Assembly: GCA_034421295.1 (NCBI GenBank)
Contig: DAOUKM010000003.1
Location: 130,709-194,708 of the forward strand
Direction of reading: 5' to 3'
DNA: 64,000 bases
Source of the DNA: Dehalococcoidia bacterium
Lineage (GTDB): Bacteria; Chloroflexota; Dehalococcoidia; Lucifugimonadales; UBA2962
Below the pieces are notes generated by a model that was given only the letters and a program-made list of their open reading frames with translations, did not search any database and was not told the DNA's origin. The number at the start of each line of letters is the position of its first letter. Position 1 is the first letter of the stretch. Positions 9,311 to 19,698 of this stretch are shown in pieces. A program made the position numbers and the translations under genes.

Positions 9311-9970
9311 CTAGCTGCGGGCGGACCTGACCTTATCGAGCATGGGAGGAGGCAGGGGGAAGACCCATCCGCGGTTGCCTATGATCTCGGTCGCAAGTGA
9401 CCGGGGTATGGCTACTATCATCTCCGGCTCGATCGAAAAGCGTCCGTCGAAGCCGCCCATCGCGCTCCTGGCGTGCACGCCGGCAAAGCCGCCGCCGTCG
9501 ATTCCGTCGCTTGCGTAAGATCCCATGCCGCCGCCGAACACCGATTGCCACCGGAAGGAGTATCCATTGGTTACCTGCGGGGCGCCTGCGAACGCACCTC
9601 CCCCGGGCGAGACGACCATGCCCAGTGCCTTGACCGTATACAGGACGTCGTTGAGGTCGCCCTCTCCGGCGCAGCTAAGCGTCCAGTGAAGGGCTCTTAT
9701 GTGAACGTCTGCGGCCAGCTGCCCGCCCTCGTAGCCGTGCCTGAGGCGGTCCGCATCGTCGTTCATCGGGTAATCGCCGCCGATCGTGCCCGACAGGTAG
9801 ACCAGCCCGCTTTCCTGTACTACCGCCTTGGCGATGCCGGCTCCCGCCAGCGAAACGACGTCCTCCTCAAAGGACCCGAGATCGATCCCCAGTTCGTCTA
9901 TGCGTTCGTACACGTCGTAGCCGCGTCTCAGCTCCGCTGGTATGGACGATCGTTCGTAGTGCTGCCCCAT
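9311..9970 (-). CDS. RidA/YjgF-like superfamily protein (divergent, extended)
   Basis: 219-aa ORF co-directional with pncB. LVYLSGTIG and the later DLNDVLYTVKALGMV resemble the RidA/endoribonuclease L-PSP core. The assignment is weak. Confidence 0.35.
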   Translation of the reverse strand: MGQHYERSSIPAELRRGYDVYERIDELGIDLGSFEEDVVSLAGAGIAKAVVQESGLVYLSGTIGGDYPMNDDADRLRHGYEGGQLAADVHIRALHWTLSCAGEGDLNDVLYTVKALGMVVSPGGGAFAGAPQVTNGYSFRWQSVFGGGMGSYASDGIDGGGFAGVHARSAMGGFDGRFSIEPEMIVAIPRSLATEIIGNRGWVFPLPPPMLDKVRSARS

Positions 9971-10065
9971 ATTCTGTTCCCTCGCTGTGGCTGCGGCGGC
10001 GGTGCCGCCGCCCCGGATCGTACCAGAATAGCGATGGCACGGGGCGCGCCGCGGACTCCTGACCC

Positions 10066-10362
10066 CTAGCCCAGAAAGATGCTGATCCCGGCGTGGGTAA
10101 AGGAGACCTCCAGGACGGCCTTCCTCTCTCTCTGCAGGGTGTACGAGTACTCCTCCCGGCCCGGGTCGTCATCGTCGAGCAGGTGAGGGCAGGGTAGCCT
10201 CCGCTCGGTCTGCGGGCACAGGTGAAGGTCGTTGGTGCGGTCCCAGAAGCCGCACAGGCGCATGGGGAAATACAGCGTCTCGGCCGCGGTGCGCAGGTCG
10301 GCCACTATCTCGCTGGCCCTGAAGTCGCCGCCGCCTTCGAAGCTGACCTCGACGGTCTTCAC
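10066..10362 (-). CDS. hypothetical protein, translationally coupled to thiL
   Basis: 98-aa ORF whose start overlaps the thiL stop by 4 bp (10359-10362). I recognise no family. Confidence 0.4.
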   Translation of the reverse strand: MKTVEVSFEGGGDFRASEIVADLRTAAETLYFPMRLCGFWDRTNDLHLCPQTERRLPCPHLLDDDDPGREEYSYTLQRERKAVLEVSFTHAGISIFLG

Positions 10363-11378
10363 GGGGCGAAATGATCGAAGCCGCTTCGGCCCTCTATCCT
10401 TGAGCCGTCTTCGGCCACCACGCTCACACCACGCCGGTCGCTGAGCACCTCGCCGATCGAGACTATATCCGGGTCGACCTCGCGCGCCGCGTCGATAAGC
10501 CCCTGCGGCGCGGTAAACAGCAGCTGGTAGCCTTCCCCTCCGGAGAGGGCCATCTCTCTCCAGTCGTCCGGGAAGACCGTCTTGAGCTCCGGCTGGACCG
10601 GCAGATCGGCCATCCTTACCACCGCGCCCTTCCCGCTCGACCCGCAGACCCGCATCAGGTCGGCAAGCAGGCCGTCGCTGATGTCAACCGCACAGCGCAC
10701 TCCGGCCCCCGCAAGTCGAATGGCCGTCGAGACCCTCGGCCGTGGCCGCAGGTGTTCCCGGATAAGCGCCTCCGCCTCAGACCCCGCCACGTCCACTCGC
10801 TCCTTCAGGATCCTGAGCCCCCCGGCGGAGCCTCCCACCGGGCCTGTTACCGCTATCACGTCGCTTACCCGCGCCGCAGAGCGCGTCATGGGCCGCGTCG
10901 GCCGCCCGGTGGAGGCGGCCGGGTCGGTCCCTACCATGGCGACGGAGAGGAATATTCCGGCCGCCCTGACCACGTCGCCCCCGACGATTCTCCCTCCGTA
11001 ACGCGAGCAGGCCTGTGCCATGCCGACGTATAGACGCTCTATCGTCTCGACCTCTTCCGTGCCGGTAAGCCCTATCGTGACCGTCGAATATGCGGGGACG
11101 AATCCCATAGCGGCGATGTCGCTCTGACAGCTGACCATCGCCCTCCAGCCCACGTCCTCGGGACTCGAGTAGGCAAGATCAAAATGAGTCCCGGCGACCA
11201 TCGCATCGCAGGTAAGGACGGTTGTGCCGGCAGGGCCATCCCATGCCGCGGCATCGTCGCCGTTCTCGACAAGCAGCCGAAAAGGGTCATCCCGCTCGCC
11301 CCGGCGCGAGTAATTGGTCTCGAACACGCGTCTAAGCCTGTCTATGAGGCCGAATTCGCCGAGTTCCCGGACACTCAC
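10359..11378 (-). CDS. thiL: thiamine-monophosphate kinase
   Basis: 339 aa. ELGEFGLIDRL...GDDAAAW...LTCDAMVAGTHF and the AIR-synthase-like C-terminal domain are typical ThiL features. Confidence 0.9.
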   Translation of the reverse strand: MSVRELGEFGLIDRLRRVFETNYSRRGERDDPFRLLVENGDDAAAWDGPAGTTVLTCDAMVAGTHFDLAYSSPEDVGWRAMVSCQSDIAAMGFVPAYSTVTIGLTGTEEVETIERLYVGMAQACSRYGGRIVGGDVVRAAGIFLSVAMVGTDPAASTGRPTRPMTRSAARVSDVIAVTGPVGGSAGGLRILKERVDVAGSEAEALIREHLRPRPRVSTAIRLAGAGVRCAVDISDGLLADLMRVCGSSGKGAVVRMADLPVQPELKTVFPDDWREMALSGGEGYQLLFTAPQGLIDAAREVDPDIVSIGEVLSDRRGVSVVAEDGSRIEGRSGFDHFAP

Positions 11379-11656
11379 CCTGGACCTCTTGCGGCTACCA
11401 GAAGATCGGGGTTTTTCAGGCTCATCCAGTCCATAATCTGTGTGGCTCTTGCCGGCACCTACAGTGGCCCATCAACAGTTGCCCTCTCCGTCGGGGATCG
11501 ACTCGGCAGTAGAAGGCAGGTTTTCGGGTGAAAGCCTCGGGTAGGTGCCACCGGCGCAGAGAGGAGGGAATGTGCACTTTAGGCCCGAGTGATGCATCAT
11601 GTAAGGCATCATAAGGGATGGTGCATTCTCGCCCATTCCTGTTGAGGGAGGTAAGA

Positions 11657-12730
11657 ATGGATCTTTTCAGGCGTTTGATCCCCGTCATCGCGGTGGCGGC
11701 AGTCGCGCTAATGGCGGTTGCCGCGTGCGGCGGAGACGATGAGGGTGCTCAGGAGAGCACCCTGGACGTGATTCTCGATCGCGGGGTCATGATCTGCGGC
11801 ATCAAGGCCGACACGCCCGGCTTCGGGGTGCTGAACCCCGACGGCACTGCCGAGGGCAACGACGTTGAATTCTGTCACGCCCTTGCAGCGGCGATATTCG
11901 GTGACAGGGACAAGGTCGAATTCAAGGAGGCCACGTCGGCCAACAGGTTTGAGCTGCTCGCCGCAGAGGAGATCGACGTGCTGATTCGCACGACGACCTG
12001 GACGGCCAGCCGAGATGCAGACCTGAATGTGGCGTTCGCGCCGACGACCTTCTATGACGGCGCCGGAATCATGGTCAAGGCGGCAGCCGGGATCAGCAGC
12101 GTCACCGACCTCGGGGGGTCCACGATCTGCATACTGGACGGCACCAGCACCCAGGGCGCGGTCTCTGACTTCTTTGCAGAGCAGGGACTCACGTACGAGG
12201 AGTTGACCTTCCAGGCCAATCCCGAGCTTCGTGCCGCTTTTATAGCCGACCAGTGCGACGCATGGTCCTCTGACAAGTCGCAGCTCGGCGGTCACCAGTT
12301 CACCCTGAAGGCGGATGACGGCATCGACGCGGTTGTACTGCCCGAGACCCTGTCCAAGGAGCCCCTTGGCCCCAGCGTCAGGGACTGGGACTCGGAGTGG
12401 GAAGACGTGGTGCGCTGGGTGGTCAACGGCATGATCATCGCTGAAGAGCAGGGCGTGACCCAGGCGAACGTAAAGCAGATGGCGGCCAACCCGCCGAACA
12501 ACACCGTGGCACGTCTGCTGGGTGTTGGCTTCGATGGCGGAGCGCCGAGCAACCTTGGGATCGGGCATGGCAAGATACCCAGCACGTTCATGCAGGCCGT
12601 GATCGAGCAGGTAGGCAACTACGGCGAGACGTACGAGCGTACGCTGGCCCGCGTGGGGCTTACCAGGGCAGGTTCTCCGAACGCGTCTTACCTTGACGGC
12701 GGTCTGATCTACGCACCGCCGATGCGCTAG
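11657..12730 (+). CDS. amino-acid ABC transporter substrate-binding lipoprotein (AapJ/general L-amino-acid type)
   Basis: The ORF 11618-12730 has an internal ATG 11657 preceded by GGGAGG. It gives MDLFRRLIPVIAVAAVALMAVAACGG (lipobox). The family-3 SBP body has the long AapJ-like C-terminus. Confidence 0.85.
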   Translation: MDLFRRLIPVIAVAAVALMAVAACGGDDEGAQESTLDVILDRGVMICGIKADTPGFGVLNPDGTAEGNDVEFCHALAAAIFGDRDKVEFKEATSANRFELLAAEEIDVLIRTTTWTASRDADLNVAFAPTTFYDGAGIMVKAAAGISSVTDLGGSTICILDGTSTQGAVSDFFAEQGLTYEELTFQANPELRAAFIADQCDAWSSDKSQLGGHQFTLKADDGIDAVVLPETLSKEPLGPSVRDWDSEWEDVVRWVVNGMIIAEEQGVTQANVKQMAANPPNNTVARLLGVGFDGGAPSNLGIGHGKIPSTFMQAVIEQVGNYGETYERTLARVGLTRAGSPNASYLDGGLIYAPPMR

Positions 12731-12738
12731 GCGTTCCT

Positions 12739-12797
12739 CACAAATCGCAGGGCTATCCGTAGGGGCGGGACGAACTCCCGCCCCTGCGGAATTTGTG
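12739..12797 (+). terminator. intercistronic GC-rich stem-loop between the SBP and permease genes
   Basis: The inner perfect 9-bp stem is aggggcggg (12761-12769) paired with cccgcccct (12777-12785), with a 7-nt loop. It is nested in an outer stem cacaaat (12739-12745) paired with atttgtg (12791-12797). No U-tract follows, so this is an attenuator or mRNA-stabilising hairpin rather than a canonical terminator. Confidence 0.45.
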
Positions 12798-12826
12798 CCA
12801 TGCGTGCAATGCGAAATTGATCCGCG

Positions 12827-13993
12827 ATGAAGCAGATCCTAAAGAACATCTGGTTTAGGAATCGCTCCCGCAGTCTCGCGGTCAACCTGATCGTCGGGGG
12901 GCTAGCCGGAATAATCGCCGGCTACTTCATCTACTCGATAGCGGTCAACCTATTCGACTTCGATTTCCTGTTCGGGCCTTACGGGAGCCCGGACAGGAGC
13001 TCCATATTCGTCCAGCTCGATGTCGAGGCGAGCGACGCGAGATGGGTGGGCATCCTCAAGGGCGCCGGGAACACCATATCGGTGGTGTTCTTCGCCATTA
13101 TCCTGTCCTCCCTGCTGGGCCTGGCCGTCGGCGTGGCCCGCCTGTCCTCCAACCCCATGATCACAAGGCTTGGCGGGGTCTACGTCGAGCTGTTCAGGAA
13201 CCTGCCGCTACTGCTGATCATGTTCTTTTTCGCCTTCGCCGTCTTCAGGTCGCTGCCGAGGATAGAGGAGAAGGCGGGATTGGACGGAGTAATTCACATA
13301 AGCAACCGTGGCATGGCCATCCCGTGGCCCGAGACGGCCCACTCCCTATGGTGGCTGTGGCTCGTTCTGGTGGTGGTGGCCGCAGCCGCCGCGCTGCTGG
13401 TCCGGAGAATGCGCCTGCGCAGGGAGGATCTGACCGGCGAGACGCTGCGGCCTAACACGTGGGCCGTCGCGATATTCCTGGTGATTGGGGTCGGGTCATA
13501 CGCCGCGCTGCTGGCGCCGGTGCGCGTTAGCCTCCCGGAGGTGACCCAGTCGGCGTCCGGTTTCTACGGTTACACGGGTGGCAATCTGCTCGGGCTCGGC
13601 TACCTGAGCGCCCTGGTGTCCCTGACGCTGTATTTCAGCGCGTTCATAGCCGAGATCGTTCGCGGGTCCATACAGTCCGTCCCCCGGGGACAGACGGAGG
13701 CCGCTGCATCCATGGGGCTGACTGCCTACCAGCAGTTCACCCTGATCATACTGCCCCAGGCCCTGCGCACGATGATCCCCTCGCTGAACAACGAGTACCA
13801 GAATGCCAACAAGGACTCGACGCTGGCGCATGCGATCGCCTACGGCGAGATAGTGTTGATCTCCAACAGGATCGTCAACAATTCCGGCAACCTGCTGCAG
13901 ACCTACCTGTTCATATTCTTCGTGTTCATCGTTACAAACCTGGTGATCTCGCTGATCATGAACACGATCAACCGTAACGTCCAGATCAAATGA
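12827..13993 (+). CDS. amino-acid ABC transporter permease (AapQ-like)
   Basis: 388-aa polytopic ORF with the EAA-type loop (TEAAASMGLTAYQQFTLIILPQAL) of polar amino-acid permeases. Confidence 0.9.
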   Translation: MKQILKNIWFRNRSRSLAVNLIVGGLAGIIAGYFIYSIAVNLFDFDFLFGPYGSPDRSSIFVQLDVEASDARWVGILKGAGNTISVVFFAIILSSLLGLAVGVARLSSNPMITRLGGVYVELFRNLPLLLIMFFFAFAVFRSLPRIEEKAGLDGVIHISNRGMAIPWPETAHSLWWLWLVLVVVAAAAALLVRRMRLRREDLTGETLRPNTWAVAIFLVIGVGSYAALLAPVRVSLPEVTQSASGFYGYTGGNLLGLGYLSALVSLTLYFSAFIAEIVRGSIQSVPRGQTEAAASMGLTAYQQFTLIILPQALRTMIPSLNNEYQNANKDSTLAHAIAYGEIVLISNRIVNNSGNLLQTYLFIFFVFIVTNLVISLIMNTINRNVQIK

Positions 13994-15339
13994 TGGCGTC
14001 CGCCGCTTACCGCATGACCGTATCCAGGCACGTGGACTGGGCGCGGGAGAACCTGTTCAACTCGTGGCGGAATTCCGTCCTGAGCCTGCTGGCCATCGTG
14101 ATCGGTATCGCCATCGCGTACGCGCTGGTCAGGTTCGTCATGTTCCAGGCCAACTGGGACCTGGTGGCGATCAACCGAAAGCTGTTTTTCATCGGCTCTT
14201 ACCCCGCAGGGGAGACCTTCCGCATATGGATCTCGGTCTATGTCACCGCGGCCCTGATCGCCCTGACGTACGGCATCTGGGTCGGGAGGCTGAGGCCGTT
14301 CCTGGTGGTCATAGGCGTGGTGGCGGTGCTGATCCTCACCCTCGGCCTGGGGGCCGAGCACTCGATCGTCGAGCGGGATTACACAGAGGAGATCATATCT
14401 GCGGACGGCGAGGTCTCCGTGATCACCGGCGTCCAGAGGGAGCTGGTGGCGGACCGTGGCTGGGCGCCGTCCTGGCTCTACTCCCTCTCGCTGGGGCTGG
14501 CCGTGCCGTTCGGCGGGTCGTGGATACTGCTGGCCGCGCTGTTCGCGTTCATGGGGGGAGCCGCCTGGGCGGCCAAGCAGTACCTGTCCCGGTGGAAAAC
14601 CAATCCGATAACGCTCCAGGCGATCGGCGCCGCCTGGGTGCTGCTTATCCCGTTCGTCTTCCTTCTGCAGATCGGTGTCTCGAGCGGCCACTGGGAAAGC
14701 TCGTTCCTTGATCTGCTGGTCTTTACGGTGGGCGGCTTTTTCTCGTTCTTCATCGGTATCGGGCTCGCGCTGGGAAGGGTCTCTCCGTTCAGGGCCATAC
14801 GCTACGCCGCCGTCGGCTACATAGAGGTCGTGCGCGCTGCCCCGCTGCTGGTGTGGCTGCTGTTCGCCACGTTCCTGGACGACGAGTTGGGGCCCGTAGG
14901 GGCGGCGTTCAGCAGCATCGATCTGGCCTACCGGGTCATGATAGTCTTCGCCCTGTTTGGCGGGGCATACATCGCCGAGGTGGTGCGAGGCGGCCTGCAG
15001 TCCATACCCCGGGGCCAGCATGAGGCGGCAGATGCCATAGGACTGTCGGCGGCTCAAAAGTATGTCTACATCATCCTTCCGCAGGCGATCAAGGCGGTCA
15101 TCCCGGCCATCATCGGTCGGTTCATAGCCCTGTGGAAGGACACGGCGCTGCTCGCCGCGATATCGCTGGTCAACACGCTCGAAAAGGCCAAGAAGATACT
15201 CGGAGGTCAGACGGACATAGCGGATGGCGCCTTCTTCGAGATCTACCTTGTCGTCGCGCTCATATACTGGCTGGTGTCGTACGTGCTCTCGCGTCTCGGG
15301 GGAGCAGCAGAGGCCCGACTGGGTGTAGGCAGGAGATAG
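13990..15339 (+). CDS. amino-acid ABC transporter permease (AapM-like)
   Basis: 449-aa polytopic ORF with a 4-bp ATGA overlap with the upstream permease. The EAA loop is HEAADAIGLSAAQKYVYIILPQAI. Confidence 0.9.
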   Translation: MMASAAYRMTVSRHVDWARENLFNSWRNSVLSLLAIVIGIAIAYALVRFVMFQANWDLVAINRKLFFIGSYPAGETFRIWISVYVTAALIALTYGIWVGRLRPFLVVIGVVAVLILTLGLGAEHSIVERDYTEEIISADGEVSVITGVQRELVADRGWAPSWLYSLSLGLAVPFGGSWILLAALFAFMGGAAWAAKQYLSRWKTNPITLQAIGAAWVLLIPFVFLLQIGVSSGHWESSFLDLLVFTVGGFFSFFIGIGLALGRVSPFRAIRYAAVGYIEVVRAAPLLVWLLFATFLDDELGPVGAAFSSIDLAYRVMIVFALFGGAYIAEVVRGGLQSIPRGQHEAADAIGLSAAQKYVYIILPQAIKAVIPAIIGRFIALWKDTALLAAISLVNTLEKAKKILGGQTDIADGAFFEIYLVVALIYWLVSYVLSRLGGAAEARLGVGRR

Positions 15340-15366
15340 CGATCCCTTCGCTGGGAGGATTGGCAC

Positions 15367-16119
15367 ATGAAGGTTAAGAACGGCAAAGAGATCGTCCGCC
15401 TGGAAAAGGTGGTCAAGCGGTTCGGCGATTTCACCGCGCTAAACGGGGTCGACGTTTCGATTTCTGAGGGTGAGGTTGTGGTCATCATCGGGCCCTCGGG
15501 ATCCGGCAAATCAACGATGCTCAGGACGATAAACCAGCTCGAACGGCACGATGCTGGCCGGATCGTTGTGGACGGTATTGAGCTCACAGACGACTCGCGG
15601 AGCCTGGCCATGATAAGGGCGGAGACCGGGATGGTCTTTCAGTCGTTCAACCTGTTCCCGCACCTGACCGTCCTGCGCAACATATCGCTCGCCCCGCAGA
15701 AAGTGCGCCACATGCCGCAGAGGGAAGCGGAAGAGCTTGCGCTGCGTCTCCTGGAACGCGTTGGGATACCCGAGCAGGCCGAGAAGTACCCCGGCCAGCT
15801 ATCGGGTGGTCAGCAGCAGCGCGTCGCCATAGCGCGCTCTATGGCCAAGAACCCCAAGGTGATGATGTTCGACGAGCCCACCTCGGCGCTCGATCCGGAG
15901 ATGATCAACGAGGTCCTGAATGTCATGGGCGAACTGGCTGCGGACGGCATGACGATGATATGCGTCACGCACGAAATGGGCTTTGCCAGGAACGTGGCGG
16001 ACAGGGTTATCTTCATGGACGAGGGGGAGATAGTTGAGGTCGCCACGCCGGACGAGTTCTTCAGCAATCCCAAAGAGCCCCGCACCAGACTGTTCCTCGA
16101 CCAGATCCTCACACACTAG
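15367..16119 (+). CDS. amino-acid ABC transporter ATP-binding protein
   Basis: Walker [11 protein letters not shown]-loop, signature [13 protein letters not shown] and Walker [12 protein letters not shown] are all present. GlnQ/AapP type. Confidence 0.95.
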   Translation: MKVKNGKEIVRLEKVVKRFGDFTALNGVDVSISEGEVVVIIGPSGSGKSTMLRTINQLERHDAGRIVVDGIELTDDSRSLAMIRAETGMVFQSFNLFPHLTVLRNISLAPQKVRHMPQREAEELALRLLERVGIPEQAEKYPGQLSGGQQQRVAIARSMAKNPKVMMFDEPTSALDPEMINEVLNVMGELAADGMTMICVTHEMGFARNVADRVIFMDEGEIVEVATPDEFFSNPKEPRTRLFLDQILTH

Positions 16120-16329
16120 CCCGCCGCAAGAGCGGCGAACGAACTCATTCGGCACGCCGCGTCCCGGCCGCCCAAAATTCCGGAGTCGCCCCGGTCAGCT
16201 GGAATCGTGCATCACACCTGAGGCCGTTCTGCTGACTCCCCCATAGTGCCCGGGGGGAGGGCGGGAACTCAGCGTGCCGTCAGTTGGTGCCTTCGGCGCA
16301 GGAGAGAATCCCGGGAATGACCTTTCGAT

Positions 16330-17502
16330 CTACCACCTTGAGGATTCCTCTGCGTACACGTGATCGGGCAGCCTGTAGCTGATACCCGCCTCATCGAACA
16401 TCGATGCCTCCAGAAGGGAGGTGAACTGGGTGAAGTTGTTGCTGCTGGAGAGTCTTGGGAGCAGCCTGCCCAGGGTGCGCTGGTAACGCTCCTGCATGCG
16501 GAACCAGGCCAGCACACCCAGCGTCAGGCTGGAGGGATAGTTGAGCTCGTTGGCAAGGGGATTTCCGATTAGTGCCCGGGAGACGGTGAAAACGTACTTT
16601 GCCAGCGTGCGGCGCTCTATGGGATCGTCTATTCCGACGACCAGCGGTGCGGAGTTGATCAGCGAGTTGGCCATGGCAATGGACTCCAGCTGACCGGCCG
16701 GTTCGCACATCTTGCCTATGTCGAACAGCCTCAGGGCGTCCTCCTCATTTTCATAGAGAATCGTCTCCGGGATGCCCATCAGGTAGCCCGAATACCGCCA
16801 GATGGCCATGAAGCTCCGTCTTTCGTCTTCGTCGAACACGGCGCCAAGGCTCTTAAGGTGCATCAGCAGCCTGGCCGAGAAGGCGGTGATGGCAAAGCCG
16901 ACGTGGGCCGCGCTTATCGGCACGCCCCACGCCTCGTGGTCCCACTCACCTGACTCGTTCAGGAGGTGCCTGACCTGAGCGTGGATGAGCCGAACCCGGA
17001 CCGACAGCTTCCATCCGTCGGCCTCCCTCCTCAACCCTCCGGGCATGAATATCTCGATCATGTGGCGGTTGTTCTGCTTCAGGCGCCTGACCCCCTGGTC
17101 GCGAAGCCTGCCGGTCGTAAAGAAGGACTTGCTGATATTGGTAGAGAAGCCCTCAACGAGGACGCCGCCTACGAAGGCGCCAAGGACCAGCCTCGAGTTC
17201 CTGTGGAACATCCTGATGCCCGGGATGAAGGAAGGGAAATCGACCCAGTCTGGCGGAGACTCGATGCTCTCAAAAAAGTCGAGCAGCGCCGGCGGCGCTC
17301 CGGCCAGCGTCTCCTCGTCGCCGTCCATGGCGGCCTGGATGAAGCGCCCGGACTGTCCCGGATCAAGCTTGAGGAGCTCATGTACCACGGCGTCGGCCTC
17401 ATCGTCTCCTACATTTGTGTGGGCTACGTAGTTTGAGGCGATCTCCGGCTCGAGCGCACTTGCCCTTTCATAGCCCGGCTCGTAGTCGGTAGGGATATTC
17501 AT
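16330..17502 (-). CDS. DUF2236 / MpaB-family oxygenase (rubber-oxygenase/Lcp-related fold)
   Basis: 390 aa. PDWVD...FHRN...VLVEGFST...RRL-x-T-x-x-F...VRLIHAQVR...GVPISAAHV is the conserved core of the ER-bound oxygenase mpaB/DUF2236 family. The start abuts the stop of the upstream MMPL gene. Confidence 0.8.
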   Translation of the reverse strand: MNIPTDYEPGYERASALEPEIASNYVAHTNVGDDEADAVVHELLKLDPGQSGRFIQAAMDGDEETLAGAPPALLDFFESIESPPDWVDFPSFIPGIRMFHRNSRLVLGAFVGGVLVEGFSTNISKSFFTTGRLRDQGVRRLKQNNRHMIEIFMPGGLRREADGWKLSVRVRLIHAQVRHLLNESGEWDHEAWGVPISAAHVGFAITAFSARLLMHLKSLGAVFDEDERRSFMAIWRYSGYLMGIPETILYENEEDALRLFDIGKMCEPAGQLESIAMANSLINSAPLVVGIDDPIERRTLAKYVFTVSRALIGNPLANELNYPSSLTLGVLAWFRMQERYQRTLGRLLPRLSSSNNFTQFTSLLEASMFDEAGISYRLPDHVYAEESSRW

Positions 17503-19698
17503 CTAGGGAGGGCCTTCTTCGGCTGGCTCAACGCGCAGGTCTGGAAGCCAGCTGAGCGCCGACGGCAGGTACCAGTTTCGCCTGCCCAGCACCTCCATGC
17601 TGGCCGGAACCAGGACCGAGCGCACCAGCGTGGCGTCAAGGAGAATGGCGACGGCGAGCCCGAATCCCACCTGCTGGTTAAGGATGTAGTCGCCTGCGGC
17701 GAATCCCCCGAACACCGCGACCATGATAAGGGCCGCCCCTGTGATGATTCCGGCGGTCGACCGCAGCCCGTAGGCCACGGCACCGGCGTTGTCGCCGGTC
17801 TGGTCGTAGCGCTCGCGGATGCGGCTCAGCAAAAACACGTGATAGTCCATCGATAGCCCGAACAGGACCGTGAACAGGAAGAGCGGTATCCAGGCGTCTA
17901 TGACCTCCGAATGGCTGAAGCCAAACAGGTCCGTGCCCAGTCCCTTCTGGAAGACAAGCACCAGCAGCCCGTACGAGGCGCCGACGGAAAGAAGGTTCAT
18001 GATCACGGCCTTGATCGGGATGACGATCGATCTGAAGACCAGCATCAGGATCAGAAAGCTAAAGCCCAGCACGAACGCAAATACGATCGGCGTGTACCTG
18101 TCGACGATGCCGAACAGGTCCGTCGCCACCGCGCTCACGCCGCCAACGTGTACCTCGGCGGGAACCCCGTCGAATGCTGCGGGAATGTACTGCTCGCGGA
18201 GCGCGGCGATCCTGTCCACGGCCGCCGGGCTCCTGGGCTCTCCGGAGATCTCAACTGTGATTATCGCCAGGTCTTGCTCCGGGTGCTGTTCGTACAGGGC
18301 CGGTATGCGCCGAATCGACTCGTCGGAATCGAGCGATGTCTGAAGGGCCAGTATCGCCTCCTGCACCCGGGGATCTTCGGGGTCCGCGTCGATGACCACG
18401 GTTGTGGGGTTGACGAGACCGAAGGAGAACTCATCCTCGATTGCGAAGAAGGCCTCCCTGGTCTTGGCTGACTCCGGCAGGGTGTCCACCCCGTTCAGGC
18501 CCGTCTGGATGTCGAAGTAGAAGTACGTGGCCAGGACCATGGGGGCGCCTATGGCGACTATGCTGATCAAGGGGAACCTGGTCACCGCGCGCGTGATCCA
18601 CTCCCAGACCCCCTCCTGGCCTTCCTCGAATCCCTGCGACCTGGTCCTGCCTATGAGCGGGATCCGCAGGCGGTTTACGCCAGAGCCGATCAGTGCCAGC
18701 ACCGCAGGAACCAGGGTGAGCGTGGCCGCAAGGGTCACGGCGACCACGAGAATTGCTCCTATGCCGATCGACTGGAAGAACGAGGAGGGAATCAGAAGCA
18801 TCCCGCACAGGGCGATGATCACGGTCACGCCGCTGAACAGCACTGTGCGCCCCGCCGCCGCCCCGGCCCTCTCCACCGCCTCGAGCTTGCTCAGGCCCCT
18901 GGCAAGCTCCTCCCTGAAGCGCGAGATTATAAAGAGCGCATAGTCTATGCCGACGGCGAGACCGATCATGGTGATCATCATCTGGACGAAGAACACCAGC
19001 TCGAATGCCTGGCCTATCGCTGAGGCAAGACCCAGTGCCACGATGATCGCAAGAACGGCAAGGATTATCGGCACCAGGGCGGCTATCAGCGTTCCAAACA
19101 GGACGAGAAGGATCGCCAGCGCGACGACGACCCCGAATCGTTCTCCCTGCTCAAGATCGCTCTGAGCGATCTCGTTGGCCTCTGAGGCGATGCTGGCCGT
19201 CCCTGCAATCAGAACGCGAAAGTCGTCGGACGCGTCCTCCTCCTCGACTATGTGGACAACCTCCTCGACGTACTCGGTGGCCTCCTTGATGCTGCCGGAG
19301 AGTCTCACGGGGATGATGGTGGTCTTGCGATCTGCAGACACCAGAGACGGGTCGGGAAGCCGATAGAAGTTAAACGCCTGGGAGACTTTTTCCTGCCCGA
19401 GAGCGACGATGCGGTCGAACACGCCTTCGACCTTGGTCCGGAACCGTGGATCGTCCACAGTCAGGGAATCGGAGCCTACGACGATTATCTCGATCACCGG
19501 TTCAGTCCGGTCCAGCCGCTCCTCCACCAGGTTGGCGGCCTTCTGTGACTCGGCGCCGCCCGTTAGCTTCAGCTCTGTGGTGGTCGCGCTGTCCAGGAGA
19601 TTGAGGATCAGCGCGATCCCCGCCGCCGCCAGAACGATCCAGACGCCGATCGTCACCAGCGGCCTTTGCCCGCATATCCGAGCGAGGTACTCGGTCAA
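17503..19698 (-). CDS. MMPL-family RND-superfamily exporter
   Basis: 731 aa with two 6-TM bundles, each preceded by a large extracytoplasmic loop. Conserved GIDYALF / GLSMDYHVFLLSRIRE motifs are present. Confidence 0.9.
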   Translation of the reverse strand: MTEYLARICGQRPLVTIGVWIVLAAAGIALILNLLDSATTTELKLTGGAESQKAANLVEERLDRTEPVIEIIVVGSDSLTVDDPRFRTKVEGVFDRIVALGQEKVSQAFNFYRLPDPSLVSADRKTTIIPVRLSGSIKEATEYVEEVVHIVEEEDASDDFRVLIAGTASIASEANEIAQSDLEQGERFGVVVALAILLVLFGTLIAALVPIILAVLAIIVALGLASAIGQAFELVFFVQMMITMIGLAVGIDYALFIISRFREELARGLSKLEAVERAGAAAGRTVLFSGVTVIIALCGMLLIPSSFFQSIGIGAILVVAVTLAATLTLVPAVLALIGSGVNRLRIPLIGRTRSQGFEEGQEGVWEWITRAVTRFPLISIVAIGAPMVLATYFYFDIQTGLNGVDTLPESAKTREAFFAIEDEFSFGLVNPTTVVIDADPEDPRVQEAILALQTSLDSDESIRRIPALYEQHPEQDLAIITVEISGEPRSPAAVDRIAALREQYIPAAFDGVPAEVHVGGVSAVATDLFGIVDRYTPIVFAFVLGFSFLILMLVFRSIVIPIKAVIMNLLSVGASYGLLVLVFQKGLGTDLFGFSHSEVIDAWIPLFLFTVLFGLSMDYHVFLLSRIRERYDQTGDNAGAVAYGLRSTAGIITGAALIMVAVFGGFAAGDYILNQQVGFGLAVAILLDATLVRSVLVPASMEVLGRRNWYLPSALSWLPDLRVEPAEEGPP

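Noticed and set aside
13903-15366. 487-aa minus-strand ORF
   Set aside because: It is an antisense shadow of the AapM-like permease in GC-rich DNA. The translation is R/D/E/P/Q-rich with no family resemblance, while the plus-strand frame has a clear permease EAA loop.
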